Part shown: in pieces, positions 60,830-64,000 of the stretch
How positions within the stretch are numbered: the stretch's first letter is position 1
Layout of the letters: every line of letters starts with the position of its first letter
Source: Cetorhinus maximus
Lineage: Eukaryota
Reading direction: 5' to 3'
Assembly (NCBI RefSeq): GCF_964194155.1
Contig: NC_135899.1
Coordinates: 46,500,001 to 46,564,000, forward strand
Length of the DNA stretch: 64,000 bases
Program-made: the position numbers and the translations under genes
Notes under the pieces: model-generated
The model's database searches: none
Told to the model about the DNA's origin: nothing
Seen by the model: the letters and a program-made list of their open reading frames with translations, nothing else

Positions 60830-62660
60830 TGCAGATAGGGAAGGGAACAAGGGCAGGTAGCAGCAACTCCCTGGATGTCAAGGTTATACAGGAGCTTTGC
60901 TGCAGAGGACTCAGATGAAGAGTTTGATGGGACAGGCTGCAGGAGAAGGCTGATGGATATGCACAGTGAAATGCTTGGTGCATTGGAAGCCCTGCCAGAA
61001 AGCTTACTGTCAATGTCAAGGAGCATGGAGGAATTCAGCTCCAACTGGGCACAGGGCTTTGTGCAAAGCTTTGAACCCACCCTTTGGAAAATGTTGAGTA
61101 CTTCTCATACTTTGGCAGCCACCTCTCTGAAAAGGCCACCATTGACAAGGAGACCCAACACAGTGGTTGTCATCACCACACTCTTGTACTGCAGACACCT
61201 GGACTCTGTATCAGTGACACACAGAGTGGTAGAGAAATTCCATCAGCAATGCCTCCGCTGCATCCTCTGGGTTCATTAGGAGGACCATCAAACAAAGATT
61301 AGTGCCTTTCTTGAAGCCAGCTCCACAAGCATTCAGGAAAAACCCCTACAAAATCAACTTCGATGGACTGAGATGGTGTCCGGATGGCCAAAAAGAATCT
61401 CTCCCACCATGTCCTGTTTTCTCAACTCTCAAATAGCCAGCAATCTAGGGGAGGACAAAGAAAAGAATCCAATGAAACTCTGAAATTCTCCTTGAAGTGA
61501 CAGCATTGACATTAATGATTGAGAGGAGCTTGCTACCAATCATTCAAAATCATGACAACTTGTCCGTCAAGTTACATCATGCATTGAGACACAACATGTT
61601 AATGATGAGGGAGAACGGTGGCAGAGAGGGAAAGAAAAGGAAGCAAATTCTGCACTCTGGATCCCACTACCTCATGGGATATCCTGCCCCATGTGTCCAA
61701 AGATCTGTGGGTCAAGAATCGGCCTGTTCAGTCACATGAAGACCCATGGCAGAAACTTGAGACCCTGAGTAGACATCATCCTGGAACTGAGGGACAGCCG
61801 TTGATGGTGGTGGTGACAACTCCATCAGCACATTGGCTGACCCAACCATGATGAAGCATCTGGTGGCCAATGTCTCGGCTTGCATTGCAGCACAAGCAGG
61901 AGTCACCCAATATCTGGAAGCCGCATCAGAATCTCAGACCAAAGTCCTGTAAGTGCAGCTTGCTGTCATGGAAGCTCAGGCTTCTGCTGTCATGACCGCA
62001 GATACCAGTGTTCAAAGCGGGTTGCAGGATTGCCAGGATTGCTGAGGAACATCTCAGGGGAGCGGCAATGGATCAGACATGCTGTCCTGCCTCAGGAAGA
62101 CAACATCTGTCCTCCCATCTCGGCTATTCTGCCAGATCCATTGCCATTGCCTGTCAGTCAGCCAGCCCCAACTGGTACACCCCATGCCAAGATGCTGTTG
62201 TCTGCAACCAGGCCTTCTAGGGGTCACTCTGAAAGGCCATCTTCAACCTCCTCGACTGAAGTCAGCAACCTTCCATCTGCACTGGGATATGCAGATACGC
62301 ACAAAGGCACATACGAAGGGAATACACAAGGGGGAGGTTTGTTTTTATACCACATAATTAAAACTATAAATTTGGTTTGGAATGCTTTTTTGTGGGTGCT
62401 TTTATTTTTACATCATGCCCAAATGGATCCTGTGAAGGCCAGTGACAGAGGGAAGGAAAGGTGTGGGACTGATGGTGAGTGGAGAATTGCGTTTACTGGT
62501 ATTGCAGTCGGATGAGTTGTTCACGGACAGCCTGGCCAGAAAGGAGCTGTCTACATTGCTTCCTATCTTCATCCTCCTCCTCTGAGTACAATCTGATAAC
62601 ACAAAGCTATACCGATCAAAATGCAACAACCAGCATATGGTCAAGGGTGTACAGTTCATT
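60830..62660. mobile_element. Harbinger internal remnant (Myb-partner C-terminal region on +, transposase tail on -) split by an RTE fragment
   Basis: EDSDEEFDG..RRRLMDMHSEMLGALEALPESL; minus-strand acidic tail ..LSGQAVREQLIRLQYQ*, convergent as in the 23908 element. Confidence 0.6.
61085..61815 (+). mobile_element. RTE-clade LINE 3' fragment
   Basis: LENVEYFSYFGSHLS..TTLLY..EKFHQQCLRCILWVH..QLRWT; tail gatggtggtggtga. Confidence 0.8.
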
Positions 62661-64000
62661 CTAATGTGATAACACACAAAAAATGGGGAATACTAATCTG
62701 ACGCGACACACAGAATAGGGACCATGCAGAGACTGGGGGACGGTGTCTACAGGCTTCAGCCAGTCAGTTCCCAGTTCACAAGTCAACTGTTCGCAGTAAA
62801 TGACAACCAGCCACAGCCAAATCCTACTGACAAAATCGAGCACCGACTGATTTCCAGCTGGATTTCCCAGTTGTTCTGGTTGATGTCAGACAATGTTGAT
62901 TTAGTCTGGTTAGATACAGTTGCAGCTGTCAACCGGTTTCAACTTATTTTTCCTCTCAGACAATGGGTGTGACGTTCAGGGTCTGTGACTTAGTACAAAA
63001 ATAGAATCAATGCCAGATTTTTTTGTAATCAAGGTTTAGCTTCTGCATAGAATTAAACAGCTCCGCAGTCATTTAAGTATTGCTGTTTGTGCACGTTTAC
63101 CCAGTTCCTCACAGCTGTGCATATTTTTGGCAATAATTCCAGTTCAAAATTGTGTGGCTAATGAAAGACGCTTTGCTGGAGGTGATCAGGACTATTTTGG
63201 TCATTGTTTTTCACTTCTTGTGCTCTGTTTCTCTCATGTGAAACCCTCTAGTGCAGTATTAGAACCAGGATAATTGACTGAGTAATTCTGCAGCTTCTGC
63301 TTTAGTTATGTCGGCATCACAGACTAATATCCAATTTTTGCCAACATTTATATGGGTAGCGCTGGCTAAGCCAAGCATGACCTGCTGAGATAGTTGTCCT
63401 GGTAATGAAAACTTATAAATGGAAATAATCTAAGGATGGGTCTTGAAGATTCCCATTGATGGGGCTGAGACTATTTCCTTTGGCAATAATTGATCAATCC
63501 ATTGTTGGATTGTCCTTGGTAAGAATGGTTTTTGATATACAGTCTTGGAAACAAATGGTCTTTGTAGTTTGTGTGGATGGCTACCTCATGTTTTGTCATT
63601 GCCGGAGGGCACCTGGTACTTGTTTCTGTCAATTCCCACCAGTCTATTCCATATCCTATAGGACATGGTCAGTCTATTTTTAAATTTAATTTTAATCTAA
63701 TTTTAATCATGTCCATGGCTATAAGTGTATTATTCCTATCCTAGTTTTAATTTAGACACCAAAATATAATCCAATTCTGGTTCAGTCAATGAATGCAGGT
63801 CCCAACTGCCAAATGGATTTCCCAGTGTGGTACCAAGTGCGTAATGCATTGTCCAGTATGCAATTAAATTGCTAATGGTAAGACTTCCTGCAGAAGTTAG
63901 CCGTTCAGATCAGGAATGTTGCAGGTTCCATCTCAGGTCTGTGCTAAGTTCTCTAATCTTAGCCAGGGCAATGTTGGAGGTTGACTTGGCTCAAAACACT

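Overview
Eukaryotic, repeat-dominated DNA, most likely an intron or intergenic stretch of a cartilaginous fish (shark) genome. This is inferred from the repeat families present: CR1/HER1-like LINEs, DeuSINE/SacSINE1-like SINEs, Penelope elements with hammerhead motifs, PIF/Harbinger transposons and MITEs, Gypsy LTR elements, RTE LINEs and a hAT MITE. I found no intact host gene; one weak candidate coding exon lies at 22544-22644 (-). All TE coding regions are decayed. Top observation: a ~3.2-kb endonuclease+RT LINE family with no ORF1 starts with a tRNA-derived A-box/B-box head in two independent copies. The full-length copy has no TTTT run on its sense strand, which suggests a Pol III-transcribed protein-coding retrotransposon. 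Other observations: twin-priming-type 5' inversions in non-L1 LINEs, minimal hammerhead ribozymes, a palindromic Harbinger target consensus, MITEs with covarying internal hairpins, a satellite derived from a SINE, and an orphan 197-bp insertion with an 11-bp duplication. Boundaries were read by eye and are approximate unless TIR/TSD positions are given.
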